A stretch of DNA of 63,473 nucleotides from Octopus bimaculoides (GCF_001194135.2 NC_068992.1:54320030-54383502), one strand, 5' to 3'; shown: positions 39,695 to 53,417, counted from the first letter of the stretch. A program made the numbers and translations. The notes: generated by a model from the sequence alone, not told the origin.

Positions 39695-39877
39695 AACATC
39701 GAAAATACCTTAGGAATGAAGGAATGAGAACCCAGGTTCGAAATTTCCTCAAGACACCTGATGAAGGCTGAAGGGTATATCAGCCGAAACGTGTTAACAA
39801 CAAACAAGATGAGGACAAATATCCGTCAAAATGTAAATAATGTACATAATTCCTCATCTCTTAAATATAGAACTGTA
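39695..39877 (+). mobile_element. Probable Penelope-like terminal repeat with a hammerhead-ribozyme-like motif
   Basis: gacac-CTGATGA-a-ggctga(agggtata)tcagcc-GAAAC-gtgtt; the last 46 nt recur identically at 57951-57996. Confidence 0.55.
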
Positions 39878-40344
39878 TGTATATATGTATATATATATAT
39901 GTGTGTTTATATATATGTATATNNNNNNNNNNNNNNNNNNNNNNNNNNNNNNNNNNNNNNNNNNNNNNNNNNNNNNNNNNNNNNNNNNNNNNNNNNNNNN
40001 NNNNNNNNNNNNNNNNNNNNNNNNNNNNNNNNNNNNNNNNNNNNNNNNNNNNNNNNNNNNNNNNNNNNNNNNNNNNNNNNNNNNNNNNNNNNNNNNNNNN
40101 NNNNNNNNNNNNNNNNNNNNNNNNNNNNNNNNNNNNNNNNNNNNNNNNNNNNNNNNNNNNNNNNNNNNNNNNNNNNNNNNNNNNNNNNNNNNNNNNNNNN
40201 NNNNNNNNNNNNNNNNNNNNNNNNNNNNNNNNNNNNNNNNNNNNNNNNNNNNNNNNNNNNNNNNNNNNNNNNNNNNNNNNNNNNNNNNNNNNNNNNNNNN
40301 NNNNNNNNNNNNNNNNNNNNNNNNNNNNNNNNNNNNNNNNNNNN

Positions 40345-40381
<37 letters not shown>

Positions 40382-40844
40382 TACACATATACAGATACAA
40401 ATGCACACACACATATGCATTGAGAGAGAAAGAGATCTTTACACACACTGCTATACCTATATACGGAAGCACTGACAAACAGGCAGATAAGCGCATAAAC
40501 TTGAACACAAAAAAATACGAAGCAAAGAAGAGGATTCCAGCAATGTGACATGAATTGAGGAAATTAGAAAAATCAAAGAACACATGACACATCGTAATAT
40601 TCCCACATACTAAAAATAAATTCCATTTGTACAAAAAGATTGGTTTCATATAGTTAGGAAATAGGCATTGATAAAGATGATGTATGCACAAAATGGCGTT
40701 GCATGCTGATGTACATAAGCATACACACACAAACACATAACATCAGTTAAACACATAAATACATATACCAGAAAGCGATACTAGAGCGGAACAAGACCAC
40801 TGCTATATGTAGAATTTAACTATGTCTATATATGTATAAATGTA

Positions 40845-40940
40845 TATGCGAGGTGGTGGGGGTGTGCGGAAAAGTTCATGGCGTTAAGAGTATCGCGAAG
40901 GCCTGGTTGGAGTCCCAACCTTCCGAGTTCTTTTACATAA
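40845..40940 (+). mobile_element. Mariner-like terminal fragment
   Basis: TA followed by a tgcgagg..gtgcggaaaagttc end resembling mariner TIRs; no partner TIR seen. Confidence 0.35.
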
Positions 40941-41269
40941 TGAACTTCCTTTAATTTTGCTCAGATTGCTTTCAATTTTGGTGTATCGATGCAACGCTGA
41001 ATTTTGATTACGTTCAACTAATTACTTTATCTCGTAAATTAAAGAAGCTGATGTTTTTTTGGAATTAAAGTTGAGAAATTTGGGTAATTTTAGCCAATCA
41101 ACAGACAGCGAGGCATTAATAGCTTGTTACCACGTATATGTGTGTGTGTGTGAGTGTATGCTTGTGTATGTGTGTGTGTGTATGTATGTATGTATGTATG
41201 TATGTATGTATGCATGTATGTATGTATGTATGTATGTATGTATGCATGTAATTATGTGTATATGCCTGT

Positions 41270-41482
41270 GTTTGTTTCCCCGCCATCGCTTGACAACTGA
41301 TGCTGGTGTGTTTATGCTTCCGTAACCTAGCGGTTCGGCCAAAAAGAGCGATAGAATAAGTACTGGGCTTACAAAGAATAAGTCCTGTGGTCGATTTGTT
41401 TGACTAAAACTCTTCAAGGCGGTGCTCCTGCATGGCCGCAGTCAAATGACCGAAACAAGTAAAATAATAAAAGAATAAAAGA
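41270..41482 (+). mobile_element. SINE family B 3' half
   Basis: catcgcttgacaac...gaataagtactgggcttacaaag...gcatggccgcagtcaaatgac, aaaagaat tail. Confidence 0.85.
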
Positions 41483-41639
41483 ACTTGAGTTTTAAAATTA
41501 CCGCCGTAGCACAATACATTCAAATATTTAACCTTTCAAATGTAATTTATATAAGAGCAATATTTAGCTCTTATATAAAATTTACGAAAATATTGCTCTT
41601 ATTTAAACTTTACGAAAATATTGTTCTTAAAGAATCTTT

Positions 41640-42015
41640 ACGAAAATTCATTTTCTATAATGACCAATCTCGTCGCACTAAAAATATTCTTCATAATCTC
41701 GTACTTGAGATTATTCACCTTATCTTCTAGTGGAAATGTATCCAATGCTGCTGCTCTTATGTACAATGAAGCCCTTAGGCTTAACGGTTTTACTGATAGG
41801 ATTACATAATTACAGCCTTTTGTACCTTCAAATAATAACCCTCAAATATATGAAAAGAAAATCACTTGGTTTAATCCTCTGTATTCTTTTTCAGTTAGAA
41901 AACTTATAACGGACATTTTTATCCAACCTAAGCACTTCTTTTAATCAAAATATCCAAAATATCGTCAAAGTGAGCGCAGCTAAATTCTGCTATTCTGCTG
42001 CACAAAATTTTGATC
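41640..42015 (+). mobile_element. Penelope-like element, RT C-terminal/linker fragment (degenerate)
   Basis: RLFTLSSSG..NAAALMYNEALRLNGF..I, then KKITWFNPLYSFSV..KHF..KFCYS matches the PLE RLS.LSS / Y.EAL..SG / WFNPP / KISYS motifs. Confidence 0.75.
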
Positions 42016-42258
42016 AAGTTAAGCCATGCTATACTTAAGCCTACTTCTATCATTAACCTAACTACTACTGATGCTTTAAACAATGAATTTAAAATATTTT
42101 CATTGTGATCGTACGATAAAAATCGCTATCGTTTCATTTACAGATTTTTACGAGAATATGCGACGGCATCAGAATTCCAGGATATTCTAACTCTAGATTT
42201 ATCATCATTTACCAAGATTAATAATTTTTCAATTTATATATGCATATATATACATATA

Positions 42259-42299
<41 letters not shown>

Positions 42300-43540
42300 N
42301 NNNNNNNNNNNNNNNNNNNNNNNNNNNNNNNNNNNNNNNNNNNNNNNNNNNNNNNNNNNNNNNNNNNNNNNNNNNNNNNNNNNNNNNNNNNNNNNNNNNN
42401 NNNNNNNNNNNNNNNNNNNNNNNNNNNNNNNNNNNNNNNNNNNNNNNNNNNNNNNNNNNNNNNNNNNNNNNNNNNNNNNNNNNNNNNNNNNNNNNNNNNN
42501 NNNNNNNNNNNNNNNNNNNNNNNNNNNNNNNNNNNNNNNNNNNNNNNNNNNNNNNNNNNNNNNNNNNNNNNNNNNNNNNNNNNNNNNNNNNNNNNNNNNN
42601 NNNNNNNNNNNNNNNNNNNNNNNNNNNNNNNNNNNNGCACACACACACAGACACACACACACGTCTTTGTGCATGTATGTATTTAGTTCTTTCCATTAAT
42701 TACTATACACAATTAATTGAAAACCTGCCTTGTCACTTCCCTTCGCTTTTTATCCCCTGTTTTTTTTTTAATTCTATTTCATACTAGACCATCAACTCAA
42801 ATATTTCTAAGTTTCAATATTGAACAGCTATCTTTCTTTTTTCTGCTTCTAGCTTTCTGTTTTCACAACGTCTTAAGCATTCGAATTTCTTTGGAAATTC
42901 TTTAACGATTCTTAGAAAATTCTATATTCGCTTCTTATATAGTCTTCTCACTATCAATATAACCTTTGTTATCTGCTCCCTACTTGTAAACTAAACCTTA
43001 ACTTGAAAAATTATAGCTGTTAAACGTATTTACCTCCACGATACGAGAGCTTTTCCACTTTCAAAAACATTTCTATTCAAATTTTTCGAGCTTATCTCCA
43101 ACATTTTGTGCAAGTCAGCTATAAGATCTTCTTTATTCTGTGTTCTCTTGCGTAAAGATTTCATTTTAAATTTGTTCTTTGAGTTTTCTTTAACTTTCCT
43201 ATGGTTTATTCATCTGCCATTAGTCAATTTGTTTCTTGATTTACTGTTTAACTTTTTCGGTAACAAATATACCCGAGACTTCATTTGGTTCCCTGATACA
43301 AATTTCTCGAAATTAAAACTTTCCGTTAATACATCTTCCAAGCATCAATTTAATAATGACTAAATCACTATTTGTTATTGTTTTCATTAATTCAAAGTTT
43401 ATCGAAACAAAAGCAATATATTTCAACAGGAATATTGGAATAAAAACACAAAATTACTGGTCGCTCTTTCTCTTTATAACAGTACACAAGACCATCACCC
43501 ATCATATGACGGTAACTTTAGAAGTATACTTCTGCCAGTA

Positions 43541-43938
43541 GTGGAGGCGCAATGGCCCAGTGGTTAGGGCAGTGGACTCGCGGTCATAGGATCGCGGTTT
43601 CGATTCCCAGACCGGGCGCTGTGAGTGTGTATTGAGCGAAAACACCTAAAAGCTCCACGAGGCTCCGGCAGGGTATGGTGGCGAACCCTGCTGTACTCTT
43701 CCACCACAACTTTCTCTCACACTTACTTCCTGTTTCTGTTGTGCCTGTATTTCAAAGGGTCAGCCTTGTCACACTCTGTGTCACGCTGAATATCCCCGAG
43801 AACTACGTTAAGGGTACACGTGTCTGTGTATTTCTCAGCCACTTGCACGTTAATTTCACGAGCAGGCTGTTCCGTTGATCGGATCAACTGGAACCCTCGA
43901 CGTCGTAAGCAATGGAGTGCCAACAACAACCAACAACA
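43541..43938 (+). mobile_element. Full-length young SINE, family C1, with a 15-bp TSD
   Basis: tRNA head (A box tggcccagtggttagg, B box ggtttcgattcc), CpG-rich body, (CAA)n tail; TSD atacttctgccagta at 43526-43540 and 43939-43953. Confidence 0.9.
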
Positions 43939-44103
43939 ATACTTCTGCCAGTAAAGTTAGTATCAGTTTCAGGTAGTATGGTATACATATAATTATAACT
44001 GTTCAAATTTTATCGAAATTTTTAGTGCTAATGCAAAATGATGAAATCAATACTAACTTTACGTTAACTCTCTTCGTAATTCCTTCACTCTCACTTTATA
44101 GGT

Positions 44104-44411
44104 GCACTCCGTCGGTTACGACGACGAGGGTCCCAGCTGATACGATCAACGGAACAGCCTGCCCGTGAAATTAACGTGCAAGTGACTGAGCAATCCACAG
44201 ACACGTGTACCCCTAACGTAGTTTTCAGGGAGACTCAGCGTGACAAGGCCGGCCCTTTGAATTACAGGTACTACTCATTTTTGCCAGCTGAGTGAACTGG
44301 AGCAACGTGAAATAAAGTGCCTTGCTCAAGGACACAACGCGTCACCGGGAATCGAACTCACGACCTTATGATCGTGTGCCGAATGCCCTTAACTACTAAT
44401 CCACGCGCGCC
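44104..44411 (-). mobile_element. SINE family C2 (C body with a different head and a CORE/Meta-like box)
   Basis: Shares the C1 3' body; the head reads gtgagttcgattcccgg..gtgtccttgagcaaggcacttta..tcagctggcaaaaatgagta on the minus strand. Confidence 0.85.
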
Positions 44412-44465
44412 TTCACCAATCTCTTTTTCTCTGTCTCTTTCCTTATATATATATATATATACATA

Positions 44466-44862
<397 letters not shown>

Positions 44863-45314
44863 ACTCCTTAATGCATAGTCACAACTCGCCACACAGCATT
44901 TATACATATAAATACAGCCGGGTTCTTTTCAATTTTCTTCTATTCATCTCTCAAACAATTTTCAAACTTTCAGATATTAACAGTCTATTTTATCCATATA
45001 GAAGTCATTCAGACTCAATTGTAATTCACTGACCTTACGACTACTTCGTTTCACTTACAATATTTGAATTTTGCCCTGGGATTTGAGTAATCATTTTCTT
45101 ATATTCAATATTAATCACGCTCTGCACAACGGTTTTCAGTCACTTTAGCCCTTGAGATTTCCTTATGCACCGAGTTTTACATTAGTGGGTGTCTTCAAAG
45201 ATAACTACTGTATATATCCAATTATCTTCGTTTACCTAATAAATAATTATCTGTACGAGGTCATATCTGATAGTCATGTCTCTTGTTCATACCATTATAT
45301 ATATGCATACATAG

Positions 45315-45345
<31 letters not shown>

Positions 45346-45526
45346 CATATATTTTACATTTACTTCTCCCATACTTAATTATACAGTAAATTACTTGCTG
45401 TCATTTTTGTGCCAGTTTAATATGATTTACCATAGCCAGGTTTTCTATTTACGCATGCCTATGTTTGAGAGTCTCTCTAATAATATATGCGTACAGATAT
45501 ACACATACATGACTATATATATACAT

Positions 45527-45581
<55 letters not shown>

Positions 45582-45977
45582 NNNNNNNNNNNNNNNNNNN
45601 NNNNNNNNNNNNNNNNNNNNNNNNNNNNNNNNNNNNNNNNNNNNNNNNNNNNNNNNNNNNNNNNNNNNNNNNNNNNNNNNNNNNNNNNNNNNNNNNNNNN
45701 NNNNNNNNNNNNNNNNNNNNNNNNNNNNNNNNNNNNNNNNNNNNNNNNNNNNNNNNNNNNNNNNNNNNNNNNNNNNNNNNNNNNNNNNNNNNNNNNNNNN
45801 NNNNNNNNNNNNNNNNNNNNNNNNNNNNNNNNNNNNNNNNNNNNNNNNNNNNNNNNNNNNNNNNNNNNNNNNNNNNNNNNNNNNNNNNNNNNNNNNNNNN
45901 NNATATATATATTATATATATATATATATGTATGTATGTGTATATATATTATATATATATATGTATGTATGTGTATA

Positions 45978-46010
<33 letters not shown>

Positions 46011-46157
46011 TATATCTATCTATCTAGATATATCTATATATCTATATCATTAAGAATATTATATTATTTAATAACAGTTTGACTTCGCTCATGGAGTTTA
46101 TTAATTTTCGTGGGTTCGGAAAATGAACCTAGCTCTTCGGGCTTAGGTACATTAAGT

Positions 46158-46247
<90 letters not shown>

Positions 46248-46478
46248 CCTGAAACCAACTGGTCTACTGGTCCGGTCGCCGCTAGATGAAAATTATTCGC
46301 TCCCTTGTTTGCAATATATCGGATACAGATATTGTGCTGTTAACCAGTTGACGGAGGTGTCCTCCTGGGGTTAAAAAGCGTAGCAACATTTTTCTATGTT
46401 TATAGATGTATATATCCATATGGATGCATATTTATATACATGCACAAACTTATATATAAATGCATACATACATGTACA

Positions 46479-46680
46479 TACGAGGTGCGTTGAAAAACTA
46501 TCCGACTTTATATTATACCATCAAAACTAATACTTCGATGGCAAAATTTTTTGAGTTAGAGGTGACACTACCTTCTGTGCGCATGCATGAGAATTTTTGC
46601 ACCGGTAGGCCACATCAGTTCCCGACTGTTACGCTTAGTGTACAGACGTGTAGTGTTCGCTATGGTATGAAATTAACCCG
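46479..46680 (+). mobile_element. Mariner-like 5' terminal fragment
   Basis: ta|cgaggtgcgttgaaaaactatccgact resembles mariner TIRs after a TA target; no transposase seen. Confidence 0.4.
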
Positions 46681-47051
46681 GTGAAAATAAAGAGGTAGAA
46701 TGATTTCAGATTTCCTATGACATTCAGAAACTGATAGGAAATGTGAAACAATGTTTAGGTGCATGTATAGACAGTACGTGAAGGGAGGGGGAAACTTTGT
46801 GAATGAGAGGAAAGGAAAAGAGCAATGAAAGGAGAAAGGGGAGCAGTGAAGCCCTACTGTCTCACTTTTATCTCCTTCTCTAATATCTAAAACATGAAGA
46901 AGTTCCCTGTCCGAAACGTAAGAAATACGCTGCTCACGACATTATTATTTCATTCTCTCTTTTACTTTCTCAGTAAATATAGGCTTTGCTGACACAGACC
47001 AATACTAGTCTCTTGGCTTGTGCTTTATCTAAGTATGAATCTATGCATACA

Positions 47052-47082
<31 letters not shown>

Positions 47083-48273
47083 NNNNNNNNNNNNNNNNNN
47101 NNNNNNNNNNNNNNNNNNNNNNNNNNNNNNNNNNNNNNNNNNNNNNNNNNNNNNNNNNNNNNNNNNNNNNNNNNNNNNNNNNNNNNNNNNNNNNNNNNNN
47201 NNNNNNNNNNNNNNNNNNNNNNNNNNNNNNNNNNNNNNNNNNNNNNNNNNNNNNNNNNNNNNNNNNNNNNNNNNNNNNNNNNNNNNNNNNNNNNNNNNNN
47301 NNNNNNNNNNNNNNNNNNNNNNNNNNNNNNNNNNNNNNNNNNNNNNNNNNNNNNNNNNNNNNNNNNNNNNNNNNNNNNNNNNNNNNNNNNNNNNNNNNNN
47401 NNNNNNNNNNNNNNNNNNNNNNNNNNNNNNNNNNNNNNNNNNNNNNNNNNNNNNNNNNNNNNNNNNNNNNNNNNNNNNNNNNNNNNNNNNNNNNNNNNNN
47501 NNNNNNNNNNNNNNNNNNNNNNNNNNNNNNNNNNNNNNNNNNNNNNNNNNNNNNNNNNNNNATATATATATATATATACATGTATGTATGCATATATGTG
47601 TGTGTGTGTGTATGTGTGTGTACGTATGAATGTATATGTGTATATGTACATATATATACACATATATTCATATACCCACATCAACAGACACACATAGACA
47701 TATACATATACTTCGGGTAGAACGTCGTTTTAAGTGCTATGCCTATCGTTGTGTTGTTTATATTATTTCTAAGTATTATTTTATCGATTTCTACAACTGT
47801 ACATTAGATATTCTTGTCAACTGCCATGACAAGTTTGAACTGTATTTCGACATAGATTTCCATCAGCTTTCGTGTAATGTCCGTACTATGAGAGTTGCTT
47901 CATAATTTCAAACCTTCGTTTATGGGTGTGTGAGAGCTAAGCGCTAAACATAGAATTCTGATTTGGTTTGGGTGGGTGTAACATACTGAATTCCAAACAA
48001 AAGTGTTTCTGAAAGCGTTTCCATATTCTGACGCAAGGAACGCAAAACAAAGACAGTGACAAGAGGCAACAACTCACCAATTATGTAGAGAAGCAAGAAA
48101 TGGGTTTGTCATTCTTTTGTGAATAATTGAAGGTAAGTGATGGATTGAGAAAGACAAAATATATACAGTAGTAACAAAATCAGGTAATAGGAAGAACTGC
48201 AAAAATGGTCGCATACATTGCTTTGATGCGGAGCATTCCAGTCATGGCCCCCACTTTATATTATTATTATTAT

Positions 48274-48338
48274 TGTTCAGTAGTTTTATTTTTATAACGT
48301 GCTTCCACGTCACTACCGAGTGCAGTTCCGTGTGCTTT
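48274..48338 (-). mobile_element. Extremely 5'-truncated R4/Dong-type LINE 3' end inside (ATT)n
   Basis: Reverse complement gcacacggaactgcactcggtagtgacgtggaagcacgttataaaaataaaactactgaac-(aat)n matches 62484-62545. Confidence 0.85.
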
Positions 48339-48383
48339 ATTATTATTATTATTATCATTATTATTATTATCATTATCATTATT

Positions 48384-48496
<113 letters not shown>

Positions 48497-49120
48497 CATT
48501 ATTAAGGCGGCAAAATGGCAGAATTGTTAACACACTGGATTCGGTTATTTTGAAAATCTCCAAACCGATGTTGTTCTTCATGCTAATTACGAAAAGCATA
48601 AGAGTTTTTCTTTCCTTCTTTCTTTCTTTTTTTTTTNNNNNNNNNNNNNNNNNNNNNNNNNNNNNNNNNNNNNNNNNNNNNNNNNNNNNNNNNNNNNNNN
48701 NNNNNNNNNNNNNNNNNNNNNNNNNNNNNNNNNNNNNNNNNNNNNNNNNNNNNNNNNNNNNNNNNNNNNNNNNNNNNNNNNNNNNNNNNNNNNNNNNNNN
48801 NNNNNNNNNNNNNNNNNNNNNNNNNNNNNNNNNNNNNNNNNNNNNNNNNNNNNNNNNNNNNNNNNNNNNNNNNNNNNNNNNNNNNNNNNNNNNNNNNNNN
48901 NNNNNNNNNNNNNNNNNNNNNNNNNNNNNNNNNNNNNNNNNNNNNNNNNNNNNNNNNNNNNNNNNNNNNNNNNNNNNNNNNNNNNNNNNNNNNNNNNNNN
49001 NNNNNNNNNNNNNNNNNNNNNNNNNNNNNNNNNNNNNNNNNNNNNNNNNNNNNNNNNNNNNNNNNNNNNNNNNNNNNNNNNNNNNNNNNNNNNNNNNNNN
49101 NNNNNNNNNNNNNNNNNNNN

Positions 49121-49161
<41 letters not shown>

Positions 49162-49232
49162 GGACCCCTAGATACATTTCTGACTCGTTATACATCCATC
49201 CATGCATACATACATACACACATATATTTATA

Positions 49233-49268
<36 letters not shown>

Positions 49269-49347
49269 TGTATACATACGTATATCTATATATGTGTGTG
49301 TATGTATATATGCAATATATACAATATCTGTTTTATATACATAAATA

Positions 49348-49517
49348 GGCGCAGGAGTGGCTGTGTGGTAACAAGCTTATTTCACAAGCACATGGTTCCA
49401 GGTTCAGTCTCACTGCATAGCACCATGGGCAAGTGTCTTCTATTATACCCACGGGCCGACCAAAGTCTTGTGAGTGGATTTGGTAGACGGAAACTGAAAA
49501 GAAGTCCATCGTATGTG

Positions 49518-49582
<65 letters not shown>

Positions 49583-49809
49583 NNNNNNNNNNNNNNNNNN
49601 NNNNNNNNNNNNNCCACCACCACCAACATCGCTTGACAACCGATTTTGGTGTGTTTACGTCTCCGTAACTTAGCAGTTCGTCAAAAGAGACAGATATAAT
49701 AAGTACTAGGCTTACAAAGAATAAGTCCAGGGGTCGATTTCTTCGACTAAAGGTGGTGCTCCAGCATGGTCACGGTCAAAGGACTGAAACCAGTAAAAGA
49801 AGTAAAAGA

Positions 49810-49810
<1 letters not shown>
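49348..49810 (+). mobile_element. SINE family B, full length (small internal gap)
   Basis: Head, internal microsatellite and tail all present. Confidence 0.85.
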
Positions 49811-49842
<32 letters not shown>

Positions 49843-50685
49843 CATACATATATACATACATACGTTCCCCCTCTCTCACATTTCCTGGCTTTCTCTTTAT
49901 ACTCACCTTCCCTCCTCTTTCACTTCACTCTCTCTCTTTTCTTTATTTCTCGTCCCTCCCTAATTCTTCTATCTCTCTGCTTCTACCTCTCTTCTCTCTC
50001 CACGTGACCGTTGTTCGGCCAAGCCTGACATTTCTTTCTTGGTTCGACTACCATCCGTGCAACATCTATATTCCTCCCTATGCCTGTCATATCATATGTC
50101 CCTGCTGTAAGGCTTCACTTCCACACACGCCAGCTTAATTTAATTCGTCCTTAGTCGAAAGACACCTGTTGTTAATGTCTTTTATTTGCATTTGTATTTG
50201 TGTACCATTTCTCCGTTTTTTCCGTCCTTGTTTTCGTATACATTCGCTACTTTCTTCCAAGGAATCTAGTGCTCTTAGCTTAGCTTTACTTTGAGGCTGG
50301 CCAGATTGGAGCAATCTCGAGTATAACCATCAGAAATTGCAAAGATAATCTCGAACTCGACTGAGGAAAGAAAACTCCGAATGACTCGTCCTTGTTTTTT
50401 TTGTATCATCTGTCTGGATGTTTTGCGTTCTTGCCCCATTTTTGGTATTCCTTTTTACATGCACACATACATACATACATACATACATGCATACATACAT
50501 ACATACATGTGAGCGCGTGTTATTTGGCATTGTTAATAGAAGAGTTGGAAGAGGAGAGAAGGAATAGAAAAAATTGGTGAACGACAAGCAGGTAGTAGTA
50601 GTAGTAGAAGAAGAAGAAGAAGAAGAAGAAGAAGAAGAAGAAGAAGAAGAAGAAGAAGAAGAAGAAGAAGAAGAAGAAGAAGAAG

Positions 50686-50716
<31 letters not shown>

Positions 50717-50938
50717 GTACCTCATCAAGAAGGGAGTTTAGTGAGTTGAAATTAGATGAGTGGCGGCTAAATGGTGTTAATTAGGTCACAGAAACATAGA
50801 CATACGTAAGCATACGTGTATGTATATAAACACATGTATGTGTATAAACATACATACACGCATAGTAATTTCCCTCCCTCCTCTTTCTCCTATACACATT
50901 CGTCTATATCTGCTACTCTCTTTACTCTCCCTCTCCCT

Positions 50939-50978
<40 letters not shown>

Positions 50979-52221
50979 AACTTACAGTTATATTAAGAGA
51001 TTTAGTAATGTTATATCCTGTTATATATATATCCCCTGTAAGATATCTATTTAACTAAAACAATTTATAATATTGCTTTAATTAAAATTCAGTTAACCTT
51101 AAGGCGGTGAATAGCAAAAGTCAGTTGAGCATCGGAAATAATCGGTAGTAAGATTTGTTCCAGTCCGCTGCGCCCTGAGTTCAAATACCACTGTAGTCAA
51201 TTTTGCCCTTTTTATTTTCGTGAGTCAATAAAAATAGCACCAATTCGAAGCGAGGGTTGGCAAAAGATGTCGTACTGCATGCCTTAGCGATATTCGCTCT
51301 GCCTCTTTGTGTTTTTAATTTCAAATCCCTCTATGGTACACTTGGACGGTAGGCTTTCCCGTCCCTCATCGATGTAACGGTATCCATTGTTCCAGGTGTT
51401 GCCATGGATAAACTTAACTCTGTTGCAAGCTTGCAGGCCAGATTTGCTATTTGAGGATATCTTCCTCAGGCGTTGTGCCGATAGTTAAAAAAACAATAAT
51501 AATAATAATAATTATTATTATTATTAACAATCGGTCGCAAATACTGCGCTATAGAAGCTCTCTTTTTGCTTCGCGATAATAACTTTCTGACTTGACAATT
51601 CTTCATCGCTAAAATGATTATGATCCCTTCTTCCCTTGCTTGATTTTTGAGCAAAGAACCATCATTTTTCTCTAAAATATATCAAAAGAGTGTATATACG
51701 ATTTGATTTATTCATTTATACCTTAAACCAAAATGTTGAAAACTTCGTTAGGTGTATCAGTTAAAACTTGCAAGTTGTATATAAACCTAAAATTGATTTT
51801 GTTGGGCTCAGTCGTCTATCATGAGTAAGAATTATATGTCATTTGTCTTTCAAAACTCATGTCTTTCATTTTAGAAATATTTCGTAATATTATTTATATT
51901 AATATATTATTAATATATTAATTAGAACTTGCAAGTTATATGAAAACTTGCCTTTGATTTTGATGGATCCAACATATCTGCTAATATGATATACGTGTGA
52001 GTTATCCTTCAAGACTCATGGATTCCTTGTATTTTTACGTTTGCTCAAATATAAAAGCTGTAAATGGCAGTAACTTCACTCAAAATCGTTACCTTTTGGA
52101 ATCTCTTTTAACTCACCATTCTCACCAGGAAAGCCAGTTTATTTCAAACATTAAAAAAAGAAAAAAACACCATTGCTATAATCAAGTATTATGCAACGTC
52201 ACTTTCTTTTCCATTATCCAG

Positions 52222-52269
52222 TGAGAAAGGGAAGAAGATCAACATACAACAGGACAATATGAAGGAACG
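52222..52269 (+). CDS. Weak candidate internal exon (48 nt, phase 2-2)
   Basis: actttcttttccattatccag|...GAACG|gtatgc; the only open frame is EKGKKINIQQDNMKER. No homology recognised. Confidence 0.2.
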
Positions 52270-52769
52270 GTATGCTTACATTGGTTTCTCGATTACATTA
52301 ACAATTTGTTATTCAGTGTCTTTAATTATCAGATCGGCGCCTTTTCTATTCTGCTCAAACGTACCTCCTCACTAAGCGTTTTCAAATGTTTCTTGCCATT
52401 CATCTTCTAAGTATAACTTAGCTACCAGGCTAACAGCTGCTCCATCTGTTATGCCTCGTATTAGTAACAACTTCTGTTCTTCAAATTAAGTTCTGTCATT
52501 TCGAGAACCGTGTGCACCTAATTGCCAATTACATTACAGAACGAGTTAATAGTTTTGGTATGGATTCAAAGTAGATTTTAGATTTATTTCCAGTCGTTGT
52601 TAATTATGGAGCTAACCAAATTAATATCCTCAATAACCCGAGGAATCTTAATTATGAACTATAATAAGATATAACTTTAACTAATCAGACCATCCCAGGT
52701 CTATTCCAAGTTTTAGTTAATCATTGAATTTACTTTCGTTACTACTGAAGATAAATTACTGTAACAACC

Positions 52770-53012
52770 TCAACGACCAGATGTTCTTACAAAGCAACAG
52801 AAGCTTCTCGACTCAATCACTTGACTTGCAAGAAATAATAGCCCAATCTCCCTCAAACTACACTCTATCGTCTTAAGACAGGAGACATTAAATAATATAG
52901 GTCAATGCATATTATATTTAAAAACAGAAGGTCAGGTCAGGGCTAGAATGCCTGTGATCATAGATTTGGTCGATCAGAATCGTTTCGGGACGAAACAACT
53001 ACAACAGCAACA
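52770..53012 (+). mobile_element. Family F retroposon 3' part with a (CAA)n-like tail
   Basis: agaaat(a)atagcccaatctccctcaaa...gatcatagat..gatcag...aacaac; related pieces at about 21545-21620, 54475-54665 and, on the minus strand, 56085-56275. Confidence 0.55.
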
Positions 53013-53078
53013 ATATACTCGTCTTCAGGTCTCTCATCAATTTAGAGTGCCAAATTGAAGACAATTCTAAACAAGAAA

Positions 53079-53296
53079 AAGGTGGTGAGCAGGCACAATC
53101 GTTAGAGCATCTAGCAAAACACTCAATGGCATTTGTTACGGCTCCTTAAAAGTTTGAGTTCAAATCCCGCCAAGGCCAAATTTACTTTACATCTCCCTAG
53201 AGTCGATAAAATAAAGTACCATTCAAGTTCTGGAGTCGATTACATCGGCTTACTTCTTCTCCTCAAAACTACTGGCCTCGTACCTAAAGTAGAAGC
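53079..53296 (+). mobile_element. SINE family A, diverged
   Basis: aaggtggtgagcaggcacaatcgttagagc...gagttcaaatccc...aaagtagaag. Confidence 0.75.
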
Positions 53297-53380
53297 AATT
53301 TAAAACGAGAAAGAACATTCATCTGACATGACATGAGTTATATTCATTAGTTTCTCGACACGGTTATCATAATATATTCA

Positions 53381-53417
53381 TAAAAATCTGATGCTCTACC
53401 GACTGAGCTATTCGGGC
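53381..53417 (-). pseudogene. 5' half of tRNA-Lys(UUU)
   Basis: Reverse complement gcccgaatagctcagtcggtagagcatcagattttta matches the conserved tRNA-Lys-TTT 5' half with about 2 changes. It stops at the anticodon loop and no 3' half is nearby. Confidence 0.75.

Noticed and set aside
42930-43400. Lys/Asn-rich minus-strand frame
   Set aside because: Interrupted by stops, explained by AT-rich composition, and no motif recognised.
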